From Chiloscyllium plagiosum (taxonomy: Eukaryota), in the NCBI RefSeq assembly GCF_004010195.1, contig NC_057758.1, positions 1,877,542 to 1,941,541 of the forward strand: DNA of 64,000 nt, in the 5' to 3' direction. Shown piece by piece: positions 35,700 to 48,777 of the stretch (position 1 is the first letter of the stretch; each line of letters opens with the position of its first letter). The position numbers and the translations under genes are program-made. Below the pieces are notes generated by a model, which did no database searches, was not told where the DNA came from, and was given only the letters and a program-made list of their open reading frames with translations.

Positions 35700-37760
35700 C
35701 CAATGCCTCTTCTTCACCCTGACATTTCAGGCTCTGTACACATCCAGCCACATAGCGAAGGCTTCCATGCTCTCTGTTTCACCTTCTCACGCCTACCCAA
35801 ACAGTACTCTTGCACCAACATTCATTCGATTGACTGAACTAGTCCTCACCCTCAACAACTTCTACTTCGGTTGTTCTCACTTCCTCAAAACTGAAGGAGG
35901 ATCCACGAAACCTGCGGTGGCCCAGTTATTCATACCTCTTTGTCAGGTACTTGGAAACGCCATCTTCTGCAGATACACCCGCACCATTCCCCACCCTTTC
36001 CTCCGTTACATCAATGACTATATCGGCACGTTCTCATGTACTCACGAGGAGGTTGAACAGTTCATGTACTTCGCAACACATCTGGCTGTGATATCTAAAT
36101 TCAGCAAACAGGGGGTTGCACGGTGGCACAGTGGTTAGCACTGCTGCCTCATAGCGCCAGATACCCGGATTCAATTCCCACTCAGGCGACTGACTGTGTG
36201 GAGTTTGCACATTCTCTCCATGTCTGCGTGGCTTTCCTTCGGGTGCTCCGGTTTCCTACCACAGTCCAAAAAATGTGAAGGTTAGGTGAATTGGCCATGC
36301 CAAATTGCCCGTAGTGTTAGGCGAAGGAGTAAATGGAGGGGAATGGGGTGTGGGTGGGATGCGCTTCGGCGGGTCGATGTGAGACTTGTTGGGCCGAAGG
36401 GCCTGTTTCCAGACTGTAAGTAATCTAATCTAAACACGTTCCACCCTGACCTCAATTTCACCTGAGCCATTATGGACACCTCCCTTCTCTTCCTGGTCCT
36501 CTTCATTTCAATTTACAGTGATCGAATCAATCAATATGGACATCTCCTTCAAACCATCGACTCCCACAGTTACTGGACAACCTTCTCCCACACCCCCCCT
36601 TGTAAACGCTATCCTCTACTCCCAATTCATCTGCTTCCACCACATCTGCTCCCAGTAAGACCAATTCCATTATCGATCATCAACCTTCTTCAAGGACTTT
36701 ATTTTCGCGCCCCACTGGCATGTTGTCAGCTCTGCCGTCTAAGCAGATCTCCTCCAAATCGGGTACCTCCGCCCTTGAACCCCACCCCACCCAGTTGCAA
36801 TATGGACAGAATCCCTTGGTCCTCACTTCACCAACCTCCGCATACAACAAATCATCCTCTGTCATTTGAGTCAAGTAGAAACAGACCCCACCATCATAGA
36901 TATATTCCCTCCCCACCCTTATGACTCTTCTGCAGAGAGCATTCCCTCTGCATCTTCCCAGTTAGATCCATATCCCCGACTAATGCACACTCCACTCCGA
37001 GTACCTTCCTTTGACAGTGCAAGAGGTGTAAACCCTCCGACCACCCCTACCCCCTCACTGCTATTCAATGTCACAAAGGATCTTTCCACATCAGACAAAG
37101 ATTTTCCTGCACCTCCACATCTAATGTGTCCATTGCTTTCGATGATGTCTCCTCTACATTGGCGAGACAGGATGTCAAATTGAGGAATGTTTCAGAGAAA
37201 CTCGCTGGATCAAAACTAAACAACCCCATCACCCATTGTCCGAATACTTCAACTCCCCCTCCCACTCCTCAGAGGATATGTAAGTCCTGGCCGTCCCCCA
37301 CCGCCAAATTCTCACCACCCGATACCTGGAGGAATAATAACTTATCTTCCTCATTGGTATCCTCCAAACACATCGAATCAATGTCGATTTTACTAGTTTC
37401 CTCATCTCCCCTCTCCCCACCTTATCCCAGACCAACCCAACTCAACACCGCCCTTTTGAATAGTTCTACTTGTCCATCTTCCTTTCCACCGATATGCTCC
37501 ACCGTCCACTCCGACATATCACCAACAACCCACCACCCTCGCCTACCTAAGGGATTCACAGCTACCTTCCCACCCGCCATACCACAATCCCATTTCTCTT
37601 TCAGCCACCTCGGAGAAACAACTCCCCCTTACATTTCTAATGAAGAGCTTATGATTGAAACGTTGACTCTCCTGCTCCTCAGATGCTATCTGACTGGCTG
37701 TGCTTTTCCAGCGCCACATGTTTTGACTCTGATCTCCATTATCTGTCACCCTCTCTTTCT
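35700..37760 (+). mobile_element. PLE (RT, GIY-YIG, terminal repeat), decayed and interrupted by a SINE
   Basis: LTELVLTLNNFYF..HFL..FLRYIND; ctctacattggcgagac (LYIGET); terminus with degenerate hammerhead ctaatgaagagcttatgattgaaacgttga about 37637-37666. Confidence 0.85.
36111..36432 (+). mobile_element. Full-length tRNA-derived V-SINE (HE1-like)
   Basis: gcacggtggcacagtggttagcactgctgcctc.., B box, V-domain, tail gggcctgtttccagactgtaag(taatc)2. Confidence 0.92.
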
Positions 37761-37995
37761 CCCAATTCTCCAGCCTATCTGTCTCCTGTTGCATCCTCTG
37801 GCAATCACTCTGGCAATGTCTCGGGGGTCACAGCAAAACACTTAAAACTATAACCCCTAGTAATTGACATGATTATCCTGGGGGAAAAAAGTACCCTAAC
37901 TATCGATTCTATTCATGCTTCTCAGAATTTAATGAAGTTGTGACAGATTGCCCCTCGTCCCTTCTTCATTGAATGCTGGTGTTTGTGTTGTCAAG

Positions 37996-38726
37996 TGTTA
38001 TGACGTTAAAGGCGTGAATTGTACCTTTATAAGAAACAGAACGCTGTTTTGGCAGCGCAGGTTTGCAGAGAAATGTCATGTGACTGACTAGTAGTCTCAG
38101 AGTGTACTATAAAAAATAGAAAATATGTAACTGTAAAATAGATATCTGAGTTGTTTTGATCGCTATCTGAATTTAACCAATCTTTTCAAATTATGTCGCA
38201 GAATACGAAAACCCAGTCGTATTTGAGTTTTACTCTTTTGATGACATCGAACTAGTAAGACAATCGCATGTTTAGGATATAAAAGAAGCCGATATTTTGA
38301 TAACCAGAGAGAGCAACCTGCCCTCTAGAATGAGAGACTACTATTCAAAACACTCTCTATCAAAGGTAGCAGTTTCATTTGAAACAGCATTGCAGCGAAA
38401 GACAAAGACGACCCGGGAAGAGTTGCAACAGGAAGAATTTGCAAATTAGTTTGATGTAATTTTAGTCGGGGCATTTATTGGGACATTACGTGGTTATATT
38501 TATGGAGATAACTAACAAACGTTTAAGAGAAAGGAGGCTCAATGTTGTAAACAGTTGTTGCCTCATGTTCACATCTAGATTTAAAGAATACATTTAAAGA
38601 ATACATTCTTTTAAATTGTGGAAGTTTGGAGTTGTTTGTGACTCATACTTGACTCAGCTCGGGCGATGTGAGCTTTTCTGATTGCTTGATTTAATTAGCA
38701 GAGGAGTTCGCCACCATGTTGTAACA
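37996..38726 (+). repeat. Solo LTR of the Gmr1-type family
   Basis: TGTTA..TAACA termini; blocks shared with the LTRs at 5553, 14190, 19512 and 20165 (tgtacctttat; aattagcagagg); TSD not evident. Confidence 0.75.
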
Positions 38727-38739
38727 AAATTGTGTCGCA

Positions 38740-39455
38740 TTGTCTGTGCGTCTGGGGGTATATCTGATTGTTTATGATTGGATATAATTGATTCTGCCAC
38801 TGTGAGTGAATAAATGTGCCCGTTTCAGGGCTTGTGTTATTGTTTGTCTGACAATAACGGTGTGCATCATTGTGAGATTGTCATTGTGTGTTTTTGTATG
38901 CTGTGCATGTTTGCCATTATATTTGTGCCTTTGCGTATGTTATTTTGGGTGTGGCTGTGAGTGTGCGCATGCCACTGTGAATGCGTCATGGTGTGTGCCT
39001 GTGAATATGTGTTATTATATAATATACCTGCGAGCTTTTTTGTTTGTGTGTCGTTGTATTATGTGCATAGTTTTATCCATGCTATTTTAGTTTGTGTCAT
39101 TAATGTGTTTCTGGGCGTGTTATTGCGTGTGTGAATGTATGTCATTGTGAGAGTTGCTATTTTCGTGTGTCATTGTGAGTGTGATTGCGTGTATGTCATT
39201 GTGAGCGCGTCATTATGTGTCTGTCTCTGAATGTGTGTCATATTGAGTTTATGTCGGTTTGTGGTTTTGTCGGATCGTCTAGCTGTTTGTGTTTCTGCGT
39301 TTGTATCAGTGCGTATATCATTGACTGCGCAGTGTTTAGTGTGTGTCATTACGTGTTTGTCATTGTGCATGCGTTATTGCATGCGTTCATTCTAGAGTGC
39401 GTCCTATTCTGCATCAACTTGAGGGATGTTATTGTGTGTGTGTGTGCCTAAGTGT
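38740..39455. repeat. Degenerate TG-rich low-complexity tract
   Basis: Reiterated tgtgt and gtcattgtg motifs. Confidence 0.7.
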
Positions 39456-40699
39456 GCGGCAAATCTATCTCTTTTATAGAATATTTAAACGTTTCCCAAA
39501 TCATTTCCTCTACTTCCTCACTACATAAATAGATACTATTTGTCATTCACAAACCTTTTATACTGATTGTTTTGACGGAAAGCCTGTCTATCTGTCTAAT
39601 ACTGAGTCCGTTACCAGAACTATGAAACATTGTAAGAAACAGAAACTTGGAGTTATTTTTCGGGTTCAAGTCCTCGAGTATGCTGTACCATTCAATAGGA
39701 TGATGACTGATTCAAAAGTCCTCATGTCAACTCTCCTGTTCCTCCCCTACTGATCAAGAATCTACCTAATTCAGCATTCGGTATACACAAGGACACTGGT
39801 CTCTGTGACAAGGAGTTCAGAAACCTCACAAAACTCTTAGAATAGAAATTTCACCTCATTGCAAACTTAAATTGTTGTCCTTTTTTCTGACGCTATGCCC
39901 TCTGGAATCTCTTCTGCATGGTAAATATTCTCTCAGCAATTATCCTATCGAATAAATGTTAAGATTGCTGTAAATTTCAGAACGATCACTTCTCATACTT
40001 CTAATCTCTATTGATTTGACTCCAAAACTGTTTCACCTTCGCTTCAGAAACAATCTCTCTATGCCAGGAATGATCCGAATGAATCTTGAATGTCACTCTG
40101 GCTTCCTGCTTCAACATATTGGCATTGAATGGATGCAACCACGGTCATAATATTGTACGTTGCATCCCTCTGAACTTCCGAATACAGGAAGGTCACCAGA
40201 TCTACGTTGTCCCACCTCTGCCACATCGAACCAAGTCATCATTTGCCCTGCTACTGGAAATTTAATTTTTCATTCTTGACCAAGGAAAACCACTATTTCA
40301 AAGGACATCGAGCTGGTGTGAAATATCCACCACCCGTAACCGAAAGGATTTTCAAAGCAGAAACGTGGAAAAAACGGATCAGGATTATGTCATTCTGCCT
40401 CTTGAACCTCCCGCAGCTTTAAAAGTGATCATGGCTTAACATCCAAATTAGTCTCTTTTTACTGGCCTCTCTGCATATCTTAAATCATTTTAGTGTTAAG
40501 AACTACTTCTTTCAAACATTCAATATTTTTGCCCTAAATTATTTTTTCCATGTGGAGTCTTACACAAGCTTACCATTCTCTAGGTAAAGAGATTTCTCCT
40601 CATCCCAGCACGAAATTTAATCTTTCTTCTTACTCTTAGAACCATGGTTGTGGATGCTTTGTGCATTGTGAAAGTCTTTCTGCACGAACCCTGTCAACA

Positions 40700-41340
40700 T
40701 AAAACATAGAACAATACAGCACAACACTGGACCTTCTGCCCTCGATGTTGTTCCGACTTTTACCCTACTCTAAGATCAAACCCTTCATTGCACTATTTTA
40801 CATGTGCGTATCCAAGAGTAGCTTAAATGTCGTTAATGTAACAGACTCTACTTCTACTGATAGCAGTGCATTTCACGTACCCACCACTCTCTATGTAAAG
40901 ACCCTACCTCAGACATCTCCCTCAAACTTTCATCCAATTAACTTAAAATAAGGGAACTCGTGAGATACATTTCCACCATAGGGAAACTTTTCTGAGTATC
41001 CATTCCATCAATGCCTCTCATCATCTTGTACACTTCTGTCCAGTAACATCTCATCTTTCCTCGTTCTAAAGAGAAAAGCATTTGCTCCTTAAACCTTCTT
41101 TAGTAAGATGCCCTACAGTACAGGTAGCATGACAGTAAATCTCCTCTGCACCCTCTGTAAGGCTTCCACAAGCTTCACGCAATGCGGTGAAAAATGTGAA
41201 CACTATACACTAAGTTTGGTCTAATCAGGGCTCCCCAGACCCGCAACATAACCCCAAGGCTATTAAACACAATCCCCCTGCTAATGAAACCCAACACGAC
41301 ATATGTCTTCCACACAACCCTGGCAACTTGAGTGGCATTA
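40700..41340 (-). mobile_element. CR1 LINE 3' fragment
   Basis: acatagaacaatacagcac..; taaatctcctctgcaccctct..gcttccaca (reverse complement of the CR1 tail). Confidence 0.8.
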
Positions 41341-42214
41341 CAATAGACTCATTTCAAACCATCGCACTGACTGGACCTTTGCCCTATCAACTGTTTATTG
41401 TTCCCCACAAACCTCCTGCAAGCTGTAGCTGACTGCTTACGACCTCCTCCATAATCTGATCTGTAGCTACGGTTTCCAACTCCTTTAAATCGAAAAACGC
41501 CAACCAATCACACTATCTGCACCTTTGCCCTATCAACTGTCTATCCTCCCGCATAGGCTCCGTGCACGCTGTCAAGTCCAATTCGAATTTATCCGATTCA
41601 GTGGGATCACACCTTGCCCTCATTTTTCTAAACTTCAGCGAATATAACTCTAACGTATTAATAAATCAGTCTTGCCATCCAAATAAATAGTCTGGGAAAC
41701 ATCCTTCCTCAGAATAGGATACCAAAACTGCACGTAAAATTGAGGTGGAGTCTCACCAAGAACTTGCCAAATTGCAGCAAGATACCCTTGCTGTTGTACG
41801 CAAATCTTCTCACCATAAAGGACAATATATCGATTGTCGTCTGCGCTCGAAATGCTTACATTCAGCGACTGGTGTGTGAAATCATCTAGGTCGAGCTGCA
41901 CTTCACTCTTTTCCAGAGGTCCGCCTGCTTGATCTTTGCTTCTGTTTAATTGTTACATGATGTCTAATCATTTTTATTAAAACGTCTTTTGGTACGCATT
42001 AATCAAATCATTTCTGACTCATTCTGAAAGAACTTTACTCAGTCCGATCATTGATGTACCTTCTACGATTCGTCTACAACTGAACGCTTGGTAGTTGAAC
42101 CATCAGTGAGCTAACAACGTGTGGAAGCTGGGGGCTCTGCCAAGCGAGTCAAAACCATCCGTCCGAACAGGAACCCACCCAGATCCAGCTCCACGTCCCC
42201 GTCCGTTTAATCCT

Positions 42215-42966
42215 AGTGAAGAGGGTTACCTCAGATAACAACAGGATCTTGATCAGATGGGCCAATGGGCTGAGAAGTGGCAGACGGAATTTAATTCAGA
42301 TAAATGCGAGGTGGGCATTTTGGGAAAGCAAATCTTAGCAGGACTTATACCCTTAATGGAAAGGGCCTCGGGAGTGTTGCTGAACAAAGAGACCTTGGAG
42401 TGCAGGTTCGACAACTGTTGGAATATTGTGTGCAATTCTGGTTTCCTTCCTATTGGAAAGATGTTGTGGAACTTGAACGAGTTCAGAAAAGATTTACAAG
42501 GATGTTATCAAGGTTGAAGGATCTGACCTACAGGGAGAGGCTGAACAGGCTGGGGATGTTTTCACTGGAGCGTCGGAGGCTGAGGGGAGACCCTGTATAG
42601 GTTTACAAAATTATGAGGGGCATGGATAGGACAAGTAGACAAAGTCTTTTCCCTGGCGTCGGGGAGTCCAGAACTAGAAAGCAAAGGTTTAGAGTGAGAG
42701 GGGAAAATATAAAAGAAACCTAAGGGGCAACTTTTTCACGCAGAGGGTGCTACATGTATGGAATGAGCTGCCAGAGGATGTGGTGAAGGCTGGTACAATT
42801 GTATCATTTATGAGGCATTTGGATGGGTGTATGAATAGGAAGAGTTTGGAGGGGTATGGGCCGGGTGCTGGCAGGTGGGACTAGATTGGGTTGGGATATC
42901 TGGTCGGCATGGACGGGTTGGACCGAAGGGTCTGTTTCCATGCTGTACATCTCTATGACTCTATGA
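42215..42966 (+). mobile_element. CR1 LINE 3' fragment with internal deletion
   Basis: QWAEKWQTEFNSDKCEV; LEYCVQFW..ERVQKRFTRML..ERRRLRGD; tail (CTCTATGA)2. Confidence 0.9.
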
Positions 42967-43978
42967 CGTGGTGCTTCTGTTTGTTACAGCAGACCACAAA
43001 ATGTTGCTGGGGAGAAAGGGAAGTGTTAATCAGTGATGAAATTAACAAATTGACTATTATCCCTCTGTCATTATTCTCTACCGCCCTACAACGTATTCTT
43101 GATTATTTACCTCCAACTGTATTGCAGATGCATTTGAGAAGGCAACAAAAGAACAGAGTAATATTTAAACAGAGAAAACAGGAGAAAGCATCATCACAAA
43201 GGGATTTGAAGGACTCGTACACGAAACACAGGCAGCTAACACACGGGGCAACATATTTTCAGGGCTTCTAATGGAATGTTGGCCTCATTTCAAGTGGAAT
43301 GACGTATAAGATCAGGAAAATCTTATAGAAACAGATTAACATATTGATGGTACCAATCCGGAGAACTTTGAGCAGTTTGCATGCGCTTTTTTCAGGAAAC
43401 TTTTCTTTCTTTGGAGGAAGTTCAGAAATGTTTCACGAGGGTGGCACATGATAAGTAAGGTTTGCCTTATACCCAAATGATTATTCGGCCTACACATTGG
43501 TGTTAAGAATGACAGGTAATGTATTTGAAACTTGAAAGGTTCATAAGAGATCAGACAAGTTAAAGGAGAGTTTCCGAGAGTCCAGGACCAGAGGCAGTCG
43601 TTTCGGAATTAAGGTGCTTTAATTTAAGGCAGAGATGAGGGGGAAACATGATTTTTAATCTCTGGAATTCATTGCCACAGTCAACTTTGATTTCAGAGTC
43701 CGCCTGTGTATGTTTACGACTGAGATCTTTTTGCTCAGAATACGAAGAACAGGGAAGTGGATGGAAAGAATATTGGATCATGTTGAGTTATAGAGAACAT
43801 TAGAATGGCCAAATGGCCTATTCCTATTCCTATTTTCTATAATCTTATGCTTGACAAGCATTTAAAACGCTACTGGATTTAGGATCATGTGGGTCATGGT
43901 CAAAACATATTGTAACAAACGAGGAAGTCTGTTTCCAACTGAAATATGACTTCCCTCCTTTGTTGCCCCCCCACGAAG

Positions 43979-44592
43979 GTAACACAGTGACGATTGTAGC
44001 CCTGTCTCAAGTAAGGTGCCACTTGTGTTACATACGACCTTACGGTCATGTCTTTTGAAAACACACTAGTTATTATCCTTGACATAATATTGAGGGATAT
44101 CCAAATTGTTTATACGGCTGAACGTGTTTTTCCATTCTTTAATACCTCCATATTTATAATATCCATTCTTTCTTGATATGTTGTGTCAGAGATCATAGAA
44201 TCCCTGCTGTGTGGAACCAGGCCAGTCGGCCCAAAAAGTCCGCACTAAACCACTGAAAAGTCACCCACGCAGACCCATTCTCGATCATCCTATATTTACC
44301 CCAAGTGATGCACCTAAACAACACATCTCCGAACACGACGGTTAACTTCACATGGCCAATTCTGCTAAGCTGTGCATACTTCCATTATGTTTGTTGCTTA
44401 TGTTCTGTTGTATATGGAATGGAAAGTATATCATTAAATATCAATCTGCATATTTATCTCCTCGAATTGGGTTTCATGCTTCAGCTCCTCAGTTGCTGCA
44501 CAAATGCTTCGATGTATGCTCTTACCCAACCTAGTTCAGACAACAGTTGAAGAAAAAAGTATTTGAATTCAATTGCTAAATTAATAAAATAA
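43979..44592 (+). pseudogene. GPR139-like pseudogene (exon 2 remnant; TM3-TM5 lost, SINE at the junction)
   Basis: Acceptor ..ccacgaag then NTVTIVALSQ; frameshifted LVIILDIILRDIQIVY; after the SINE, CIWN..YQSAYL and ELGFMLQLLSCCTNASMYALTQ, collinear with the intact gene. Confidence 0.85.
44193..44378 (-). mobile_element. 5'-truncated V-SINE (HE1-like) in the pseudogene
   Basis: Reverse complement of gaattggccatg..gggccga..ggcctggttccacac..gggattctatga. Confidence 0.75.
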
Positions 44593-45987
44593 CATAAAGA
44601 AAAGTTAGTGGTCTAAGAACATCAGACCTAATAACCTCTGCAACTGACTCGCCCAGGACAAAAGACTGGAATTCAGTCGAGGAAAATATATTCCTGGTGG
44701 TTAGTGAGCTTGACATAATGCAATCATTCGGATCTCATCAGTGTTCAGTGACAGAAGTACAGTGAGGGCATGTATTAATCACTTCATTATCCTCTCCGCA
44801 TTCAGTCTGCTTTCCTTCAAATCAGTTTTACAGAGACCGAACATAAAATTTGCTTCCCTCGCAGTGTATGACAATTTACGAGTAACTGGTACTGGTAACA
44901 ACGGACAATCTGGACACCAGAGTGAATGCTTTCTTTAGGGATCATCGATGAACAACCAGCTCCTGAAATAGCTACTTAGATACACCCATTCCCTTTCCCT
45001 ATCTCTGTCGCCCCTTAACTTAATCACTTTCAAACATATAATGAGCTCTCTTTTGAAATTTTCGATGGAAACCAACTTCCCCACTCGCTCAACTAGCATA
45101 TCCCAAATTCCAATTAGTCACTGAGAAAACAAAGTCGTCCTCATCTCATTTCTAGCTGCCTTGCGAACAATTCTGAAGCTTTGACCCCTAGTTACTGACA
45201 TACAACAAGAGGAAACAGGATGACCTTCTGTGTGTGTTAAATTTTCATCACCACTTTATGGCATATATTAATCTTATCTGCTCCGTGGGAGAATCAGCTC
45301 AATTTCGATACATTATCTTGCATCTATATTCTCCCATTTCTGGTCTCCTTCAAATAAATCTCTCTTGCGCTCTCGTCAGGGATTTTATTAATTTAGCAAT
45401 TTAAATAAGATGCCCAGAATTTAGTTTAAAAAATGATCCAGATGAAGAAAACGGGAGGGTGAGTGACTCTAACTGGAAGGAGGGGGATGCATAGAATGGA
45501 GAATGAAAAAAAAAGTCATGATTTGTTTTTATGTCACTCACAGTTTCACATCTCCTGTTCGTGTGCAATCATGGATGCACTGAGGAAAATTGACAGACAA
45601 AATTGCGCAGAGAAAGGTCGTAGGAATGGTTTATTGGTTTTGGGTCGTGAGAATGATTTATCTCGGAGGCATTACCGTTTCCTGTAACGTCTATTGAGGA
45701 ACATGTCAGAGAGTTGGAGAACTTGTGCTACCGCTCGTTTATGATCTGCGATGAACTCTGTCAATGGGCGTGTTCACAGAGTTTGAAATAACCTTGTAGC
45801 GTGTGTTTTAAATGTTTTGCGAAAGTCATAAAAATGTCATAATCGAGAACGACCGGATGAAAGGGATGTATCGAATACATCTGTCAATGACAGTGGTGAA
45901 GGTTTGATAGCTGAAGAGAGCCCCCTGTTGATTATTTATCTTTAATGCTCGGCACGAATGCCATTTGCCCTGATTTTCAGTCATCTC

Positions 45988-46020
<33 letters not shown>

Positions 46021-48164
46021 ATCTATCTCTGTCTGTCCGTCTCTGTTCCCTTGTTATTTTTTTTCTCTCTCTCTCTCTTGCCTCTCTTCTTTTAAATTAA
46101 AATCTGTCAGGCTGGGTGAAGCATGCATTCCTCTTTGCTAACCTTGGTTAATGAGCTCCCATCTTGAATCACAGAAGATACAAAACATCTCTAACGTTGG
46201 AGTGCAATTAGGAATGACAGAATATCTCCTGAGCGTATAGAAAGAGAGTTTGTGCACTGACATTGGACCAGAACTGTGAAATAGGCAGGAGAGAATGTAG
46301 GAGGCACCACTTGGTGTCCTGATACTTACATGGCCCATTATTTCTGATGCATTATTCGATCCTCCAAGTATCAACGGTCAGTATATTGCTTCCACTGAAT
46401 CATCCACAGGGAAGTGAGAAAGCGACTTAGCCCCTTCATTCTGACCTCTCAGAAAACTGTATCGCCTTCAATCCTAATCCAAAATTCTTTTCGTTTAGTA
46501 AAATCTCATTCTCTTCACCCCCCCCCCCCCCCCAAATACGTCTTATCGTTTACTTGTTGAATCAGAATGAATTCATTGCTTTTCACTGTGGCTCGGTACT
46601 AGTGAAATAAATTCAATTTGATTAGATTCAATTAAATTCAATTCGAATTCTGAAATTATTTCGTTAGTTTTTTTTTATTTCTGCCAGTTCTCCGGGCACT
46701 GGTTAGTGTCTTCTCCCATTTTCCCCAAGTCCCCTCTCCCCCTCCTTAATCATCATCTGGAGTGCATCCGATCTATGACAACAGGTTTTTCAATTCCTCC
46801 AAATGCCAGCCTCCGATCTGTAAGCATTACGAACAGGCATCGTGGAGATTGAATCCTGGGAACATGGAATTGTTCTGATATAAAATAAAGCTATTTGGTT
46901 CATTTTTCATTCACCAGTTCAGAATTAAATCCGACCACAACCAATGAATAAGTAGGCATTTGAAATTTATTGCTAAATGAATCATGGATAAAGTGGGGAC
47001 AAGTTGACAATAACTGTCGAAGGTATCAATAAGTCTGCACCTGGAATATTGTGGGAAGTTTTGGTCGCCATACTTGTGGAATATATTTGTCATGTAGGAA
47101 CTTCAAGGGAGGTACACACATATAATTTCAATGGTGAAGTCTTGAATTAAGACAGAGATTGAGCAGTTTAGGACACTTCATTCCCTAGAGTTGAGAAGAA
47201 TGACTGCAGATCAATTTGATGTGCATTGGGTGATAATAGAGAAAAAAATAAACATTGAAAATATGTTTACTCCTGCAGAACAATATGGGAGGATAGGTAC
47301 TAGTGTTAAGATAAAGGATACATATTTAATGCAGATGACGATGAATTACTTTTCTCAAACTGTCATCAATCTGTGTAATTCATACAGTGCGACGTACGCC
47401 GGTCCACCGAACCAGTTTAAAAAGGAGGATTTTTTTTTTAACTTATTGACGAGCTGATTTCGAGATAAGATTCGACATAATTATATTAAATGGTGGAACA
47501 AGACTGAAGAACGGAATGGCCTTCTCCTGCTCCCAGTTCTTCTCTTTTCATCCAAGATGGTTAACGCAGGAATTGATCATTGTAACCAAAGACTAATTGG
47601 TGCTCCCCCACAACTAACAACACATTATGTCTTGCATCATGTCGATGTGATCAGAAATAGTGTTCCTGGTTTCATGTCTATAACTTGCTTATGTGTGTCA
47701 ATTGATAATCACATATTTGTTAATGTCATTCTGATTTTAAACTGCAAAATCTTTGTTTACAAATTACTTGACGGCTTTGTAACCTCCTTCTCACTTTAAT
47801 CTCCTCTAGACGTCCAAAGCTCCCATATTTCTGTTACCTGTTAATTTTGGCCACTCGATAATAGATTAAGATCTATCATGGTGAAAAGTTTGTGGGAAGT
47901 CATAACAGGGCACTTTGTTGATTTACGGACAGTCAGTGCAGAGCCAACCTATTTGTTTGAACGGTACATCAACATTTCATCCCAAGTTTGCTGAAGCTGT
48001 TTCAGTTAGTGAACAACATGTGTTGTGGATAAAGGGCATCTAACTGATGTTGTTCAATTACATTTCGACAACGCTTTTAATAAGGTTCCCCAACGAGAAA
48101 ATTATTTTCTTGAGTCTGCAAGGATATAAATATTGGAATGGATAGAAGAATTAACGAAACAGCA

Positions 48165-48777
48165 GGATGAGGATGCTGCCCCTTTAACAAGGTTATGCTG
48201 CCCTTGGTGTTTTTCAAGTTGAGTTGTACAATCGGTGGTGCTGAAATGGCTAAGTCAACAAACCGAGCTGGTGTTTAGTTTGTCTTTTTTAAATCAGTTG
48301 TGGAACGAGAGGAGAGTGACCAGTTCAGTTTTTTTTTTCTAGTTTGATATAGTTTTAGCAGGGAGTCAGAAGCTACTGGTAGCGTGGAAGCAGGTACAGT
48401 AAGAAGAGATTCCATGTATCAACAGAAGTCGCGCCTGATGTTTCTCTGTGAAATCTCTCCCGCCTGTGAGAATTTGTGTTCGATTTTACGATTTAACAAG
48501 GGATGTGTTTAAGGGATATTGCGGGGATTGGAACAGTTCCTTCGTGAAGTTGAGATAGAGTCGTGTGCGTTTTCAAATAAAGTTATTCTAAATACTGATT
48601 TCTTTTGTTCGTGCTTCAAACGAGGTGAAATAAACATCGTCTTTCTTCAAGCTGAGTAGTTTGACCAACTGCATTATTCTGGGATTATGCATTTGGCATC
48701 TGCCAAACAAACAAAACGGTTAGGGTCTGGGCTACATTTTTAAAATGTTTTGAGGATGTCTGGACTGGCACGTTACA
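48165..48777 (+). repeat. Probable solo LTR (different family) interrupting an old CR1
   Basis: CR1 RT sequence stops about 48155 and resumes about 48778; insert has cccctttaacaagg.., AATAAA signals and ends ..gtctggactggcacgttaca. Confidence 0.5.

Noticed and set aside
39480..39590. Possible exon 1 of the GPCR pseudogene (ILFVIHKPFILIVL)
   Set aside because: Similarity too weak, with no intact donor and no YYP motif
41375..41545. TGCCCTATCAACT motif (twice), reminiscent of 18S rRNA
   Set aside because: Only about 13 nt match with no flanking rRNA similarity; a local ~145-bp-spaced duplication
45560..45960. Unique-looking segment with a death-domain-like phrase (MDALRKIDRQNCAE)
   Set aside because: Multiple stops and no further supporting motif
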